Part shown: positions 20,101 through 29,223 of the stretch, piece after piece
How positions within the stretch are numbered: position 1 is the stretch's first letter
How the letters are laid out: each line of letters begins with the position of its first letter
From: Clostridia bacterium
GTDB lineage: Bacteria > Bacillota > Clostridia > Christensenellales > CAG-138
Length of the DNA stretch: 64,000 nt
Direction of reading: 5' to 3'
NCBI GenBank assembly: GCA_017614315.1
Contig: JAGACA010000010.1
Location: 40,511 to 104,510 of the forward strand
Notes under the pieces: model-generated
The model's database searches: none
The model's input: only the letters and a program-made list of their open reading frames with translations
Told to the model about the DNA's origin: nothing
Made by a program: the position numbers and the translations under genes

Positions 20101-20481
20101 ATGAGTCTTTCAGATTCTCTGGCAGGCGCAATGGACACCACAAGGACGTATGAGCTTTCGAAGGAGCTCTCCCTTGAAGAGATCCTCGATCTGGTCAAGA
20201 ACGCCGGCCTTCCCGAGGAGATCACCGGAGCTTTTGAGCTCAAGAAGGGGCTTTTCGGCAAATCCATTGTCTTCCACGGTCCTTCAAAAATGAAGGCCAA
20301 TCTTACCGTTAAGGGCACAAAAGCCAAGCTCACCAAAGTCACACAGAGCTCAAATTCCGGCTTCTCCGTCGGCGGAGTGCCCGTTGGCGGCGGCGGAGTA
20401 AAAGGCGCACTTGACAAGACCGCAGCCGAGACCGCTTTCTTCAAGACTCTGGGAGACGCGCTGACCGGTATTATCAAGTGA
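20101..20481 (+). CDS. hypothetical 126-aa protein with Gly-rich segment
   Basis: Good RBS and promoter, a hairpin downstream (AGGGCTG...CAGCCCT, 20502-20536), and no recognised motif (…SGFSVGGVPVGGGGVKG…). Confidence 0.55.
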   Translation: MSLSDSLAGAMDTTRTYELSKELSLEEILDLVKNAGLPEEITGAFELKKGLFGKSIVFHGPSKMKANLTVKGTKAKLTKVTQSSNSGFSVGGVPVGGGGVKGALDKTAAETAFFKTLGDALTGIIK

Positions 20482-20538
20482 TCGTAAATCAATGAAGCAC
20501 CAGGGCTGCCAGCCGCTTTTCAGCGAGACAGCCCTTTC

Positions 20539-21471
20539 ATGTATTTTAAGAAAAGAATCGCAAGCAGTATGGGAGATAAGTCCGGCATGACCGCGGAGGA
20601 GCTTCGCATTATCCTAAAAAAACTCGGCGTATCAGGCGCCGAAAGCGTATCCGTTCGCGCGTTCACATCCGACGAAGACGGATCCGAATACGCCGTATGG
20701 CTCGTCGATAGCGGAGATGAAAAAGAAGTATTAAAGCGTGCCAAGGGACACGAGCTTGAAGTTTATGAAAGCTTTTTCACCGATAGAAAACCGTACGCGC
20801 CCGCGCTTTTGGGCGTATGCGAATATGACGGCGAGCGGTACTTCCTTACGGAATACTGCCCGGGCGACGATCTGAGGGTATGCGATCGCGAAAGGCTCGT
20901 GATGGCCTTGGACGCTTTGATCACGGCGCAGAACGAGTTCTGGGGACATAAGGAGCTTTCCCATGCAGCCGTCGGCTTTGATATGGCCGTTAAGGCCGTT
21001 ACGGAGCGCGGGAAGTATCTTGGGTCTCCCCTGCTGGACGAAGCCTATGCGAGATTTCTCGAGGTTTTCGAACGCACGCCGCTCACACTCTGCCATGACG
21101 ATCTGCTGCCTGTAAACGTGCTCGTCGGCGACCGTGCGGTCCTGATCGATTGGGAGTGCGGCGGCATGCATCCGTATCCCGAGTCCATTGCTCGGCTTAT
21201 CGCTCACGGACGAGAAGAAAAGGACGCGTTCTTTTACCTGACTGCAGCCGACCGCGGGTTCGCTATCGAGTATTATTATAACTGTCTTGTGAAAAAACAC
21301 GGGATCGCATATGACGAATACATCGAGACGCTCGACTGTTTCCTCTTTTACGAATACTGCGAATGGATCATGCTCGGCAACAGATACGGCAATAAGGGCG
21401 ACGAAAGATACGGCTATTATACAAGGCTTGCGGATGAGACGGCGCGGAAGATGCTTCGCGGGAGGACATAA
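20539..21471 (+). CDS. phosphotransferase enzyme family protein (APH/choline-kinase-like small-molecule kinase)
   Basis: Brenner motif HDDLLPVNVL and metal-binding LIDWE(C)GG. 310 aa. The start is uncertain. Confidence 0.7.
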   Translation: MYFKKRIASSMGDKSGMTAEELRIILKKLGVSGAESVSVRAFTSDEDGSEYAVWLVDSGDEKEVLKRAKGHELEVYESFFTDRKPYAPALLGVCEYDGERYFLTEYCPGDDLRVCDRERLVMALDALITAQNEFWGHKELSHAAVGFDMAVKAVTERGKYLGSPLLDEAYARFLEVFERTPLTLCHDDLLPVNVLVGDRAVLIDWECGGMHPYPESIARLIAHGREEKDAFFYLTAADRGFAIEYYYNCLVKKHGIAYDEYIETLDCFLFYEYCEWIMLGNRYGNKGDERYGYYTRLADETARKMLRGRT

Positions 21472-21890
21472 TGGATTTTTCAAGGCTCAGCGAGACGTCG
21501 ATCGACGCGCTGTGGGAACTGCAGAAGGCATTTAAGGCCGAGATCGGTGAGGGCGCTCCGGACGAAGAGGATAAAGAGCGGCTAAAGGAGGCGATCGCGG
21601 AAGGCCGTATCGTCTTTTTCGGCGCCGAGGAAAACGGCGAGCTTATCGGATGCTGTTCTGTCACGGTCGGCTTCTCCACATTCGATTACGCACCGAGCGG
21701 CGTGTTCGACGATTTTTATATAGTCCCCGCATACAGGCATAAGGGAGTAGCGCGAAGGCTTGCGGAGACCGCCTTTAATGAAAGCGGCGTCAGCACGCTG
21801 ACCGTTGGCTGTGCGGACTGCGACAGGGCTATGTATGTTTCACTCGGTTTCGGCGTCAGAATAGGCAGTCTGCTCGCGTTCGGGAGCTGA
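21471..21890 (+). CDS. GNAT family N-acetyltransferase
   Basis: Acetyl-CoA pocket motif YRHKGVARRLAE. The start codon shares a base with the kinase stop codon (TAATG). Confidence 0.75.
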   Translation: MDFSRLSETSIDALWELQKAFKAEIGEGAPDEEDKERLKEAIAEGRIVFFGAEENGELIGCCSVTVGFSTFDYAPSGVFDDFYIVPAYRHKGVARRLAETAFNESGVSTLTVGCADCDRAMYVSLGFGVRIGSLLAFGS

Positions 21891-21989
21891 AACACCTTAT
21901 ACGGCGGATGATTTCAGCCGCTAATCCGGTCATTTATCGCCGAAACGTTTCGTTACTCCGGTTATCATATCTTTTTTGAAAATTACTCA

Positions 21990-22017
21990 TTGAAAAAAAC
22001 AAAATATATGGTATAAT
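21990..22017 (+). promoter_or_regulatory. sigma-A-like promoter for the TPR-GGDEF gene
   Basis: TTGAAA-16 nt-(TGg)TATAAT inside a 216-bp AT-rich intergenic region, giving a leader of about 85 nt. Confidence 0.45.
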
Positions 22018-22106
22018 AAATAAAATACGTATAATGCGTTATTATGCATTGGTAATGCTTTCTGTTATTAGATCGATCATTAACAGCGATTCGGGGGATG
22101 ATTGTG

Positions 22107-23735
22107 ATGAGTCCTAAAGAGGCAATCGAATATATCCGAAAATTCCTTGACGTGCACGGCAAAGATCTTAACCGTGTCGAAAAGGAAATGAAGAGCCTTA
22201 TCAAAAAGGGTCAGCAGTCTGGCGACCTGTTCCTTATGGGCGTCGCGAACTATTATCTGGCTGCTGCCAATTACCGTTACGGCGGAGAGCGCAACACCGT
22301 CCTCTTATACGCGATCAAAGCCACGGCGATGCTCGATAAGACCACCGAGTATGAGCTTACCGCGAGGAGCTACAATCTCCTCGGTATCGCATACATTTCG
22401 CAGAACAACTACCAGCTGGCTCTTGAGGCTTATAACCACGCATACGACATCGTCAAGAAGCACAGGGTAAAGGGCACGATCGGCAGGACGCTAAAGAACA
22501 ACATCGCCGACTGTTATTTCCAGATGGGCGACTACAAGCTCAGCATCAAGCTCTTCTCCGGCTGTCTTGCCAACACGAGAAAAAACGCCCCGGAGGATAG
22601 AACAAGTATCGCCATATACAGTATCAACCTCTCCGACAGCTATAAAAAGCTCGGCGATCACGAAAGGGCAAAAGACATTCTCCTCGGCCTCCGCGACTGG
22701 ATCGAAGACCTCGACGAAAGCATCTGGGTATGCTATTATTTCTCGAGCCTCGCCTGCAATTACTACGCCCTCGGGGATAAGGCCAACGGTGATGTGTGCT
22801 CCGACAAGGTCTTCGGTATAATGCAGCGCGACGTTTACACTTACGAGTATAACATCGACGTCGAGGAGATCACGCACGTTCTTGTCTGTTCAGGCGATTT
22901 CGAAAGGGCAAAGCGCTTTGCCGACATGATCTATGAGTACGCCGAGAAGAGCGGCAACACCATAGACCGTCAGGTCGCCTGCCGCGTAATGGCGGAGTAT
23001 TATTCGAAGCTCGGCGACACCGCGAGGTCTCTTGAGATCTATGAAGAGCTTGTCGAGCTGTACAAGCAGCGCGCCGAAGAGATGAAGGCGATCCAGCTGA
23101 ACATTCACAGGAAGATAACCGAGGCCGACCGTGAGATCAAGGGCCTTAACCGCAAGATCAGAGCCAGCGAGGAATCCGCGATGCGAGATCCTCTGACAAG
23201 GCTCCTCAACCGCTCCGCCCTGCTTTCGACTACGACGGAATTCATCGAGATAGCCGAGAAGAACTCCGAAAAGATCGGCGGTATCTTCATCGATATCGAC
23301 TTCTTCAAACAGTGCAACGACACATACGGACACGCCGTCGGCGACGAGATCATCAAAGAGGTCGCCAGGAGATGCGCTGCCGAGGAATCGGCGCATATCA
23401 AATTCGCTCGTTACGGCGGGGATGAGTTCTTCGGGATCATGCACGGTCTTAAGGACGATCAGGTCATCGCCATCGCGCAGAGGATCTGCCGCACCATCAG
23501 CCGCGAGCAGATACCGAACGCAAACAGCCCCGGCGAAAAGCACGTCACTCTCTCCGTCGGCGTGATAAACACCCGCGTTGCCGAAAGGAGCAATACTATT
23601 ATCGACATCGTGAACTATGCCGATAAGGCGCTTTATCACGCAAAGAGGACCGGCAAGGACGCGATCTATCTGTTCGACCGCAGCCGCATAGGTGAGGACG
23701 AAGAGTCCGATCCTTACGTAAGATTCGATTACTGA
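22107..23735 (+). CDS. diguanylate cyclase with N-terminal TPR sensor region
   Basis: TPR-like repeats over about 330 aa, a coiled coil, then a GGDEF domain (DPLTRLLNR...DIDFFKQCNDTYGHAVGDE...ARYGGDEFFGIM). I saw no RxxD I-site just upstream of GGDEF. Confidence 0.85.
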   Translation: MSPKEAIEYIRKFLDVHGKDLNRVEKEMKSLIKKGQQSGDLFLMGVANYYLAAANYRYGGERNTVLLYAIKATAMLDKTTEYELTARSYNLLGIAYISQNNYQLALEAYNHAYDIVKKHRVKGTIGRTLKNNIADCYFQMGDYKLSIKLFSGCLANTRKNAPEDRTSIAIYSINLSDSYKKLGDHERAKDILLGLRDWIEDLDESIWVCYYFSSLACNYYALGDKANGDVCSDKVFGIMQRDVYTYEYNIDVEEITHVLVCSGDFERAKRFADMIYEYAEKSGNTIDRQVACRVMAEYYSKLGDTARSLEIYEELVELYKQRAEEMKAIQLNIHRKITEADREIKGLNRKIRASEESAMRDPLTRLLNRSALLSTTTEFIEIAEKNSEKIGGIFIDIDFFKQCNDTYGHAVGDEIIKEVARRCAAEESAHIKFARYGGDEFFGIMHGLKDDQVIAIAQRICRTISREQIPNANSPGEKHVTLSVGVINTRVAERSNTIIDIVNYADKALYHAKRTGKDAIYLFDRSRIGEDEESDPYVRFDY

Positions 23736-23736
23736 T

Positions 23737-24261
23737 ATGCTCGAGCTTATAAGGCGCAGTCCCGAATTCGTCGAAGGATACAGGCAATACTGCCTCGAGC
23801 TTTATAAGAATAACGTTGTATTTTTCAAACCGACCGATCCGAGATTTATTGACGACGGTTGGTTTTTGCGAACTAAGCCGATATACGATAAAAAAGAGAC
23901 CTCTCCCCTGCCCGGAGAGTCGAGAAGCTTTCACTACTGGGCGGTCGACGGAAAAAGATTCATCGGCGAATTACAGATAAGAACCGAGTTTTCCGAAAGG
24001 GTGCTGAACGATATCGGCAGTATCGGATATGCCGTGAGGGTCTCGGAATGGGGCAAGGGCTACGGGACCGAGATACTCCGGCAGGGTCTTTTGACCGCAA
24101 AGTCGCTCGGCATGGACAAGGTGCTTCTGACCGTTAACGAAGAAAACCTGCGCTCGATACATATTATCGAAAAGTCGGGTGCTGAGCTCTCGGACAGCAT
24201 CGAAGCTTACAATGACGCCGAGGGAGCTCATATACTCAGACGATATTGGATAAGCCTGTGA
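23737..24261 (+). CDS. GNAT family N-acetyltransferase
   Basis: WGKGYGTEILRQGL...LTVNEENLRSIHIIEKSG pattern. One nt separates it from the GGDEF stop codon. Confidence 0.72.
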   Translation: MLELIRRSPEFVEGYRQYCLELYKNNVVFFKPTDPRFIDDGWFLRTKPIYDKKETSPLPGESRSFHYWAVDGKRFIGELQIRTEFSERVLNDIGSIGYAVRVSEWGKGYGTEILRQGLLTAKSLGMDKVLLTVNEENLRSIHIIEKSGAELSDSIEAYNDAEGAHILRRYWISL

Positions 24262-24300
24262 CGCTTCTGTAAGCGAAATAAAGTCATTAGGGGGGATCGC

Positions 24301-25689
24301 ATGATCAACGGGATACTGCTTTTCAGCGCGTCCGACGCCGGCCTGGACGTTTTCTTTACAAGGATGATAGGCACTCTCGCCGTTATTCTCGTCGTCGCGG
24401 CATTCATCGGCGGAAGCGACCTTTTAAGAAAATTCTTCCATGCAGACAGAAACTGGAAATACTCACTCCTTGCGGGTATCCTGGGCGGAGTGTTCGGCAT
24501 TTACGGCAATATTTCCGGCGTCAATCTTAATGGCGCGGTGATATCCGTCCGCGATATCGGCCCGATGCTCGCAGGCTTCACCGGCGGTCCCATCGGCGGC
24601 ATAATCGCCGGAGTTATCGCAGGCGCGCACAGGCTCTTTTTAGGCGGGATCACTGCTCCGCCGTGCATTATCGCTACCTGCTGCATAGGCACGATCTGCG
24701 GTCTGCTGTCATGGAAATTCCATGACAGGATCATTAAGCCCTTGTGGGCGCTCCTGTTAGGCGTTGTCATGGAGGTGTTCCATCTTGGGCTCGTCCTTCT
24801 GATGGTCAAGCCATTCGAAACAGCTCTCGGCATAGTCAAAGCAATAGCAATACCGTTCATTCTCGTAAACGCAGCCGGCTTTGCGCTGATGATAACTATA
24901 ATCACTTATATCGAAAAGCAGCGCAGGATCGCACTTGAAAGGAACAGGCTGCAGTCCGAGCTCGAAGTCGCGACGGTCATCCAGCGCTCCCTTCTCCCAC
25001 CCATCACCGATTCCTTCCCCGGAAGAGCGGAATTCAAGGTGTCGGGCTCGATGGAGCCCGCGAAAGAAGTCGGAGGCGATTTCTACGATCTGTTCTTCGT
25101 CGACAGGGACAGGATAGCTTTCGTTATAGCCGACGTATCGGGCAAGGGAATTCCCGCCGCGCTGTTTATGGCGACTTCAAAGACGACTATCCAGAACTGT
25201 ATTCGCGATCTGCCTTCCCTCGCCGACGCCGTGTCCACCGCCAACAACAGCCTCTGCGGAAATAATGAAGCGGAAATGTTCGTTACCGCCTGGATCGGCG
25301 TTCTCGAGATCCCGACGGGGAAACTGACATTCATAAGCGCGGGACACAACCCACCTTCGGTGATCACCTCGGACGGCGCGGTATTCCTAAAGCGCAGGAA
25401 CGGTTTTGTGCTCGGCGGTATGGAAGACGTGAAATACCGCGAAGAGACGTACGAAATGAAAAAAGGCGACGCACTGTTCCTTTATACGGACGGCGTCACC
25501 GAAGCAGAAAACAAGGATCACGAGCTGTTCGGCGAGGATAGGCTGAAGGCCTGCCTTGACGGAGCTTACGGATCCGATCCCGGTGGCGTGATCGGATCGG
25601 TCAAGGCTTCCGTCGCGGAGCACGTAAAGGGATTCAGTCAGTTTGACGATATGACAATGCTCTGCATCAGGCTTTCCGATCAAGCTTGA
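24301..25689 (+). CDS. membrane sensor PP2C (SpoIIE-type) protein phosphatase with LytS-like 5TM N-terminal domain
   Basis: About 200 aa of polytopic Gly-rich TM helices (5TMR-LYT-like), followed by PP2C_SIG motifs (GGDFYD..., IADVSGKGIPAALFM, LYTDGVTEA, DDMTMLCIR). Confidence 0.8.
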   Translation: MINGILLFSASDAGLDVFFTRMIGTLAVILVVAAFIGGSDLLRKFFHADRNWKYSLLAGILGGVFGIYGNISGVNLNGAVISVRDIGPMLAGFTGGPIGGIIAGVIAGAHRLFLGGITAPPCIIATCCIGTICGLLSWKFHDRIIKPLWALLLGVVMEVFHLGLVLLMVKPFETALGIVKAIAIPFILVNAAGFALMITIITYIEKQRRIALERNRLQSELEVATVIQRSLLPPITDSFPGRAEFKVSGSMEPAKEVGGDFYDLFFVDRDRIAFVIADVSGKGIPAALFMATSKTTIQNCIRDLPSLADAVSTANNSLCGNNEAEMFVTAWIGVLEIPTGKLTFISAGHNPPSVITSDGAVFLKRRNGFVLGGMEDVKYREETYEMKKGDALFLYTDGVTEAENKDHELFGEDRLKACLDGAYGSDPGGVIGSVKASVAEHVKGFSQFDDMTMLCIRLSDQA

Positions 25690-26176
25690 GGTCTATCTTC
25701 TTAACGAGGAGCGCGCCGACCGCGCCGATCGCGAGTCCGGTCACCGTGCCCGACACGATCAGGATCGGGAGCCAATAGGCTATCTCCTTAGTCGACAACA
25801 GAATAACTGCCATTATGATCTGGCCGGCGTTGTGCGATACTGCGCCGGCTGTACTTATGCCGAGAGCGGAAAACCTTCCCGTTTTCTTGAGAAGCGACAT
25901 TACCGTCATCGAAAGAACAGCTCCTGAAGCGGAATACGCGAGCGACGCGACGCTGCCGAAAAGAAGGGCCGAAAGCAGTACGCGGATCGCGGTGACCGCC
26001 GACGCGCTCTTCCAGTCGAGCTTTATAAGAAGAAACACCGTAACGAGGTTCGCAAGGCCGATTTTCACGCCGGGAACGGCGATGTTCATGGGTATAAGCG
26101 TTTCGAGGAAAGAAAGTATCATCGCCGCGGCGGTCGATACGCCGAGGGTCGTCAACAGTTTAAGGTCCCTGCTCAT
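25667..26176 (-). CDS. Gx transporter / heptaprenyl-diphosphate-synthase-component-I-like membrane protein
   Basis: 169 aa with 5 predicted TM helices. FLETLIPMNIAVPGVKIGLANL...SHNAGQI pattern recalled from PF07456-type proteins. Overlaps the upstream NusG-II gene by 4 nt. Confidence 0.6.
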   Translation of the reverse strand: MSRDLKLLTTLGVSTAAAMILSFLETLIPMNIAVPGVKIGLANLVTVFLLIKLDWKSASAVTAIRVLLSALLFGSVASLAYSASGAVLSMTVMSLLKKTGRFSALGISTAGAVSHNAGQIIMAVILLSTKEIAYWLPILIVSGTVTGLAIGAVGALLVKKIDLKLDRKA

Positions 26177-26541
26177 GTGACTGCGTCCACGCCCCCTTCC
26201 CCTTCGATCCTTATGACGAGCTTGTGCGGAAGACAGATTATCGTTTCCCCGGTCATGGAGATCGCGTGCTGCTTCACGCAGAGTTTATCGGGACAGTCCG
26301 CGGACTCGATACGGGCTTTGCCGTTCTCGATAACGAGCTTGTTTACATGGCCGTCGGCGGTGACGATATCGAGCTTAAGATCGCCGTCAAGCGCGTAAAC
26401 GGCGCTGACTTTTCCTTCGATCTCGACAACGACGTATTTTCCGGGCTTTTGTAAAAGCTTAAGAGCGCCCCACACGGCAAGCGCCGCGAGGAGGAGCGAA
26501 GCGAACAGTATTATATCGTTCCTGAGTCTTATTTTATCCAT
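26173..26541 (-). CDS. NusG domain II-containing membrane-anchored protein
   Basis: N-terminal TM helix followed by a beta-rich domain with CPDKLCV...ICLPHKLVIRI, as in NusG_II/DUF1312 proteins. Confidence 0.6.
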   Translation of the reverse strand: MDKIRLRNDIILFASLLLAALAVWGALKLLQKPGKYVVVEIEGKVSAVYALDGDLKLDIVTADGHVNKLVIENGKARIESADCPDKLCVKQHAISMTGETIICLPHKLVIRIEGEGGVDAVT

Positions 26542-26547
26542 ATGAAT

Positions 26548-26580
26548 AAAGCTGTCCCTATTCTGTCGGGACAGCTGTTT
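26548..26580 (-). terminator. hairpin between rnfB and the NusG-II gene (attenuator/partial terminator candidate)
   Basis: AAAGCTGTCCC-9 nt-GGGACAGCTGTTT. The reverse-strand tail is only moderately U-rich. Confidence 0.4.
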
Positions 26581-26583
26581 TGA

Positions 26584-27414
26584 TCAGAACCTGTGGCTTC
26601 CTGAGAAGTCCGCGAACTTGATGACCTTTACAGGGCATTTTTCGGCGCATTTGCCGCAGTTAACGCACTTATCGTAATCGATCACGGCAAGGTTGTTAAC
26701 GACCGAAACGGCTCCCTGTTCGCAGTTCCTTGCGCAGAGGCCGCAGCCTATGCATCCGGAGGAACACTTTGCGCGAACAACGGCGCCCTTTTCCTTGTTG
26801 GAACAGCATACGACTACCTGCCTGACGTCCGGGAAAAGATCGATCAGATGATTCGGGCAGGTCTTTGCGCAAAGACCGCAGCCGACGCACTTTCTCGTGT
26901 CGACGTGAGCGATGCCGTTTTCGATACAGATCGCGCTCTGCGGACAGACCTTGGCGCAGTCTCCTAAGCCGAGACAGCCGTATGTGCACATCCCGCTTCC
27001 GCCGTAAAGCATCTGCGCGGCGGCGCAAGACTTTATGCCCTCATAGATATGCCTGTCCTTACGGTTGATGCAGTCGCCGCTGCAGCGGACAAAAGCCACC
27101 TGTTCAATGACGTCCTCCGCCTCGACGCCGAGCACGTCCGCGATCTTTTTCGCTACGGCGTCCGCGCCGGGAACGCAGAGGTTCGTCTTTGTGCCATCGA
27201 CCTCGGCAAGCGCCTTTGCATAGCCGTCACAGCCCGTGAAGCCGCATGCGCCGCAGTTGGCTCCCGGCAGGCATTCGCGAATCCTGACCTCAGTCTCGTT
27301 CTTCGGAACGCTCATAAAATGAGAAGCGACTGCAAGCACGAGCCCGGCGAACAGGCCGATGGCGGAAACGATCAAAATTGCCAATACTATCGCGCTCATA
27401 TCATCACTCTCCAA
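26584..27414 (-). CDS. rnfB: Rnf electron transport complex subunit B
   Basis: N-terminal TM helix, CxxCxxC motifs and several 4Fe-4S ferredoxin motifs (CVGCGLCAKTCP, CIGCGLCARNC, CVNCGKCAEKCP). Confidence 0.9.
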   Translation of the reverse strand: MESDDMSAIVLAILIVSAIGLFAGLVLAVASHFMSVPKNETEVRIRECLPGANCGACGFTGCDGYAKALAEVDGTKTNLCVPGADAVAKKIADVLGVEAEDVIEQVAFVRCSGDCINRKDRHIYEGIKSCAAAQMLYGGSGMCTYGCLGLGDCAKVCPQSAICIENGIAHVDTRKCVGCGLCAKTCPNHLIDLFPDVRQVVVCCSNKEKGAVVRAKCSSGCIGCGLCARNCEQGAVSVVNNLAVIDYDKCVNCGKCAEKCPVKVIKFADFSGSHRF

Positions 27415-28006
27415 ACAGGCTTGTCACGAATCCGCCGAAGCCGTAGAACGCCATAGAGACGATCGACGCCGCGACGAGCGTGATGGGGATGCCCTTGAAG
27501 GCCTTGGGCGGATCGGCCTCCTCCATCCTTTCGCGTACGCCGGCGAATATCACCATCGCAAGCAGGAAGCCGAGACCGCAGCCCAGCGAGCTGACCATGG
27601 ACTGAAGGAAGTTGTAGCCGTCGGTGATGTTGTTTATCGTGACGCCGAGCACCGCGCAGTTGGTAGTGATGAGCGGGAGATATACGCCGAGAGATCCGTG
27701 CAGGGACGGCAGGAACTTTTTTAGCACGATCTCGACGAACTGCACGAGAGCCGCGATCACGAGTATGAATACGATCGTCTGCAGGTAACCCATGCCGTTC
27801 GGCTCAAGAAGATAAGTCTGTATCGGCCATGTCGCGGCAGTCGCGAGAAGCATAACGAATATGACCGCAGCGCCCATGCCGGAAGCCTGGTCGATCTTTT
27901 TCGACACGCCGAGGAACGGGCAGATGCCGAGGAATTTGTTCAGCACGTAGTTATTGACCAGAACGGAGGTCATTATGATCTTTAACAGGAGCTTATAAGT
28001 TTCCAT
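27404..28006 (-). CDS. rnfA: Rnf complex subunit A
   Basis: 200-aa polytopic RnfA/NqrE family member (FLGICPFLGVS...). Position in the operon fits. Confidence 0.92.
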   Translation of the reverse strand: METYKLLLKIIMTSVLVNNYVLNKFLGICPFLGVSKKIDQASGMGAAVIFVMLLATAATWPIQTYLLEPNGMGYLQTIVFILVIAALVQFVEIVLKKFLPSLHGSLGVYLPLITTNCAVLGVTINNITDGYNFLQSMVSSLGCGLGFLLAMVIFAGVRERMEEADPPKAFKGIPITLVAASIVSMAFYGFGGFVTSLFGE

Positions 28007-28696
28007 TTATTTCGCCTCCGTTTCCGCAGTCCCGCAGGCCTTGCCTTCCTTACGGCAGAACGCAGCCGAAGGACAGCCCTCGCAGTCGAAGCTCTTCTTT
28101 ATCGGCGCTTTGCCCCTTGTAAGATACGCGACAAGCGCGATCATACAGCCGAATACGAGGAAGCCGCCCGGAGGGGCCGTAAGTATGGGGATCTTGTAAT
28201 CCTGGAGGAAGCCGATGCTCATTCCGGCGAAGCTGGCGTTGCCGAGCACCTCCCTTACCGTCGCCATAAGCAGAAGCGCGAGCGTGAAGCCGAAGCCCAT
28301 GCCGAGGCCGTCGAGCGCCGACTCGAAAACGTTGTGCTTGTTGGCGAACATTTCAGCCCTGCCGAGGATTATACAGTTGACCACGATGAGCGCAAGGTAA
28401 ACGCCGAGCATGTCGTAAAGATCGGGCAGATACGCCTCCATCAGCATCTGAACGAGCGTAACGAAACCCGCTATCACCACGATATAGCACGGTATCCTGA
28501 CCGTGTCGGGGATGACCTTCCTCAAAAGCGAGATGACCGCGTTCGAGCAGATAAGCACCGCCGTCGCAGCAAGTCCCATCGCGATAGCGTTGATGACGCT
28601 CACGCTCATCGCAAGCGTCGGGCATGTGCCGAGCACAAGGACGAGAACGGGGTTCTCCTTAATAAGTCCGTTGGTGAAAACCTTGATCTTCTTCAC
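28007..28696 (-). CDS. rnfE: Rnf complex subunit E
   Basis: RnfE/NqrD family (NPVLVLVLGTCPTLA...). Confidence 0.92.
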   Translation of the reverse strand: MKKIKVFTNGLIKENPVLVLVLGTCPTLAMSVSVINAIAMGLAATAVLICSNAVISLLRKVIPDTVRIPCYIVVIAGFVTLVQMLMEAYLPDLYDMLGVYLALIVVNCIILGRAEMFANKHNVFESALDGLGMGFGFTLALLLMATVREVLGNASFAGMSIGFLQDYKIPILTAPPGGFLVFGCMIALVAYLTRGKAPIKKSFDCEGCPSAAFCRKEGKACGTAETEAK

Positions 28697-29223
28697 CCTT
28701 CAGCACCCCCTTTCAGAAGCTCGACCGCCTGAAGCGCGTCGCCTATCGCTTTTTTGAAGGCCATTGACGAATAGGTTACGCCCGAGAAGGTATCGACGTC
28801 CGCATAGCTGTTGACGTCCTTGCCAATGTAGTTATTCGGATAGGTGTCCTTTCCGAAATCCTTGGATTCGAAATACGACGTAAGCGTTACGCCGGTTATC
28901 CTGCCGTCGGCGGATATGCCGACCGTGATGCCCATATCGCCGCTCGAATACGCAGAAGTGGTCGCGAGAACGACCGCGTAAAGCTCATCATTGACGATAT
29001 ATATGCTCTTGACCGTCGAAGCCGCGCCTTCGGGGATGACCGCCTCGCGAATACTGTACATCTCTGGTATGACGGTCTTTAAGGATCTCTCGATCTTCTT
29101 ATCCCTCGCGTCCTTGATGACAGGCGCGGTGAAATGGTTCGTTACCGCAAGAAGCGCAGTCACGATAAGGCAAATAGCGGTAAGCACGATGACGCTTTTA
29201 ACGTTTCCGTTCATCTTCTTCAT
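28693..29223 (-). CDS. rnfG: Rnf complex subunit G (FMN-binding)
   Basis: N-terminal TM helix plus an FMN-binding domain with the flavinylation motif SGVTYSS. Confidence 0.86.
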   Translation of the reverse strand: MKKMNGNVKSVIVLTAICLIVTALLAVTNHFTAPVIKDARDKKIERSLKTVIPEMYSIREAVIPEGAASTVKSIYIVNDELYAVVLATTSAYSSGDMGITVGISADGRITGVTLTSYFESKDFGKDTYPNNYIGKDVNSYADVDTFSGVTYSSMAFKKAIGDALQAVELLKGGAEG

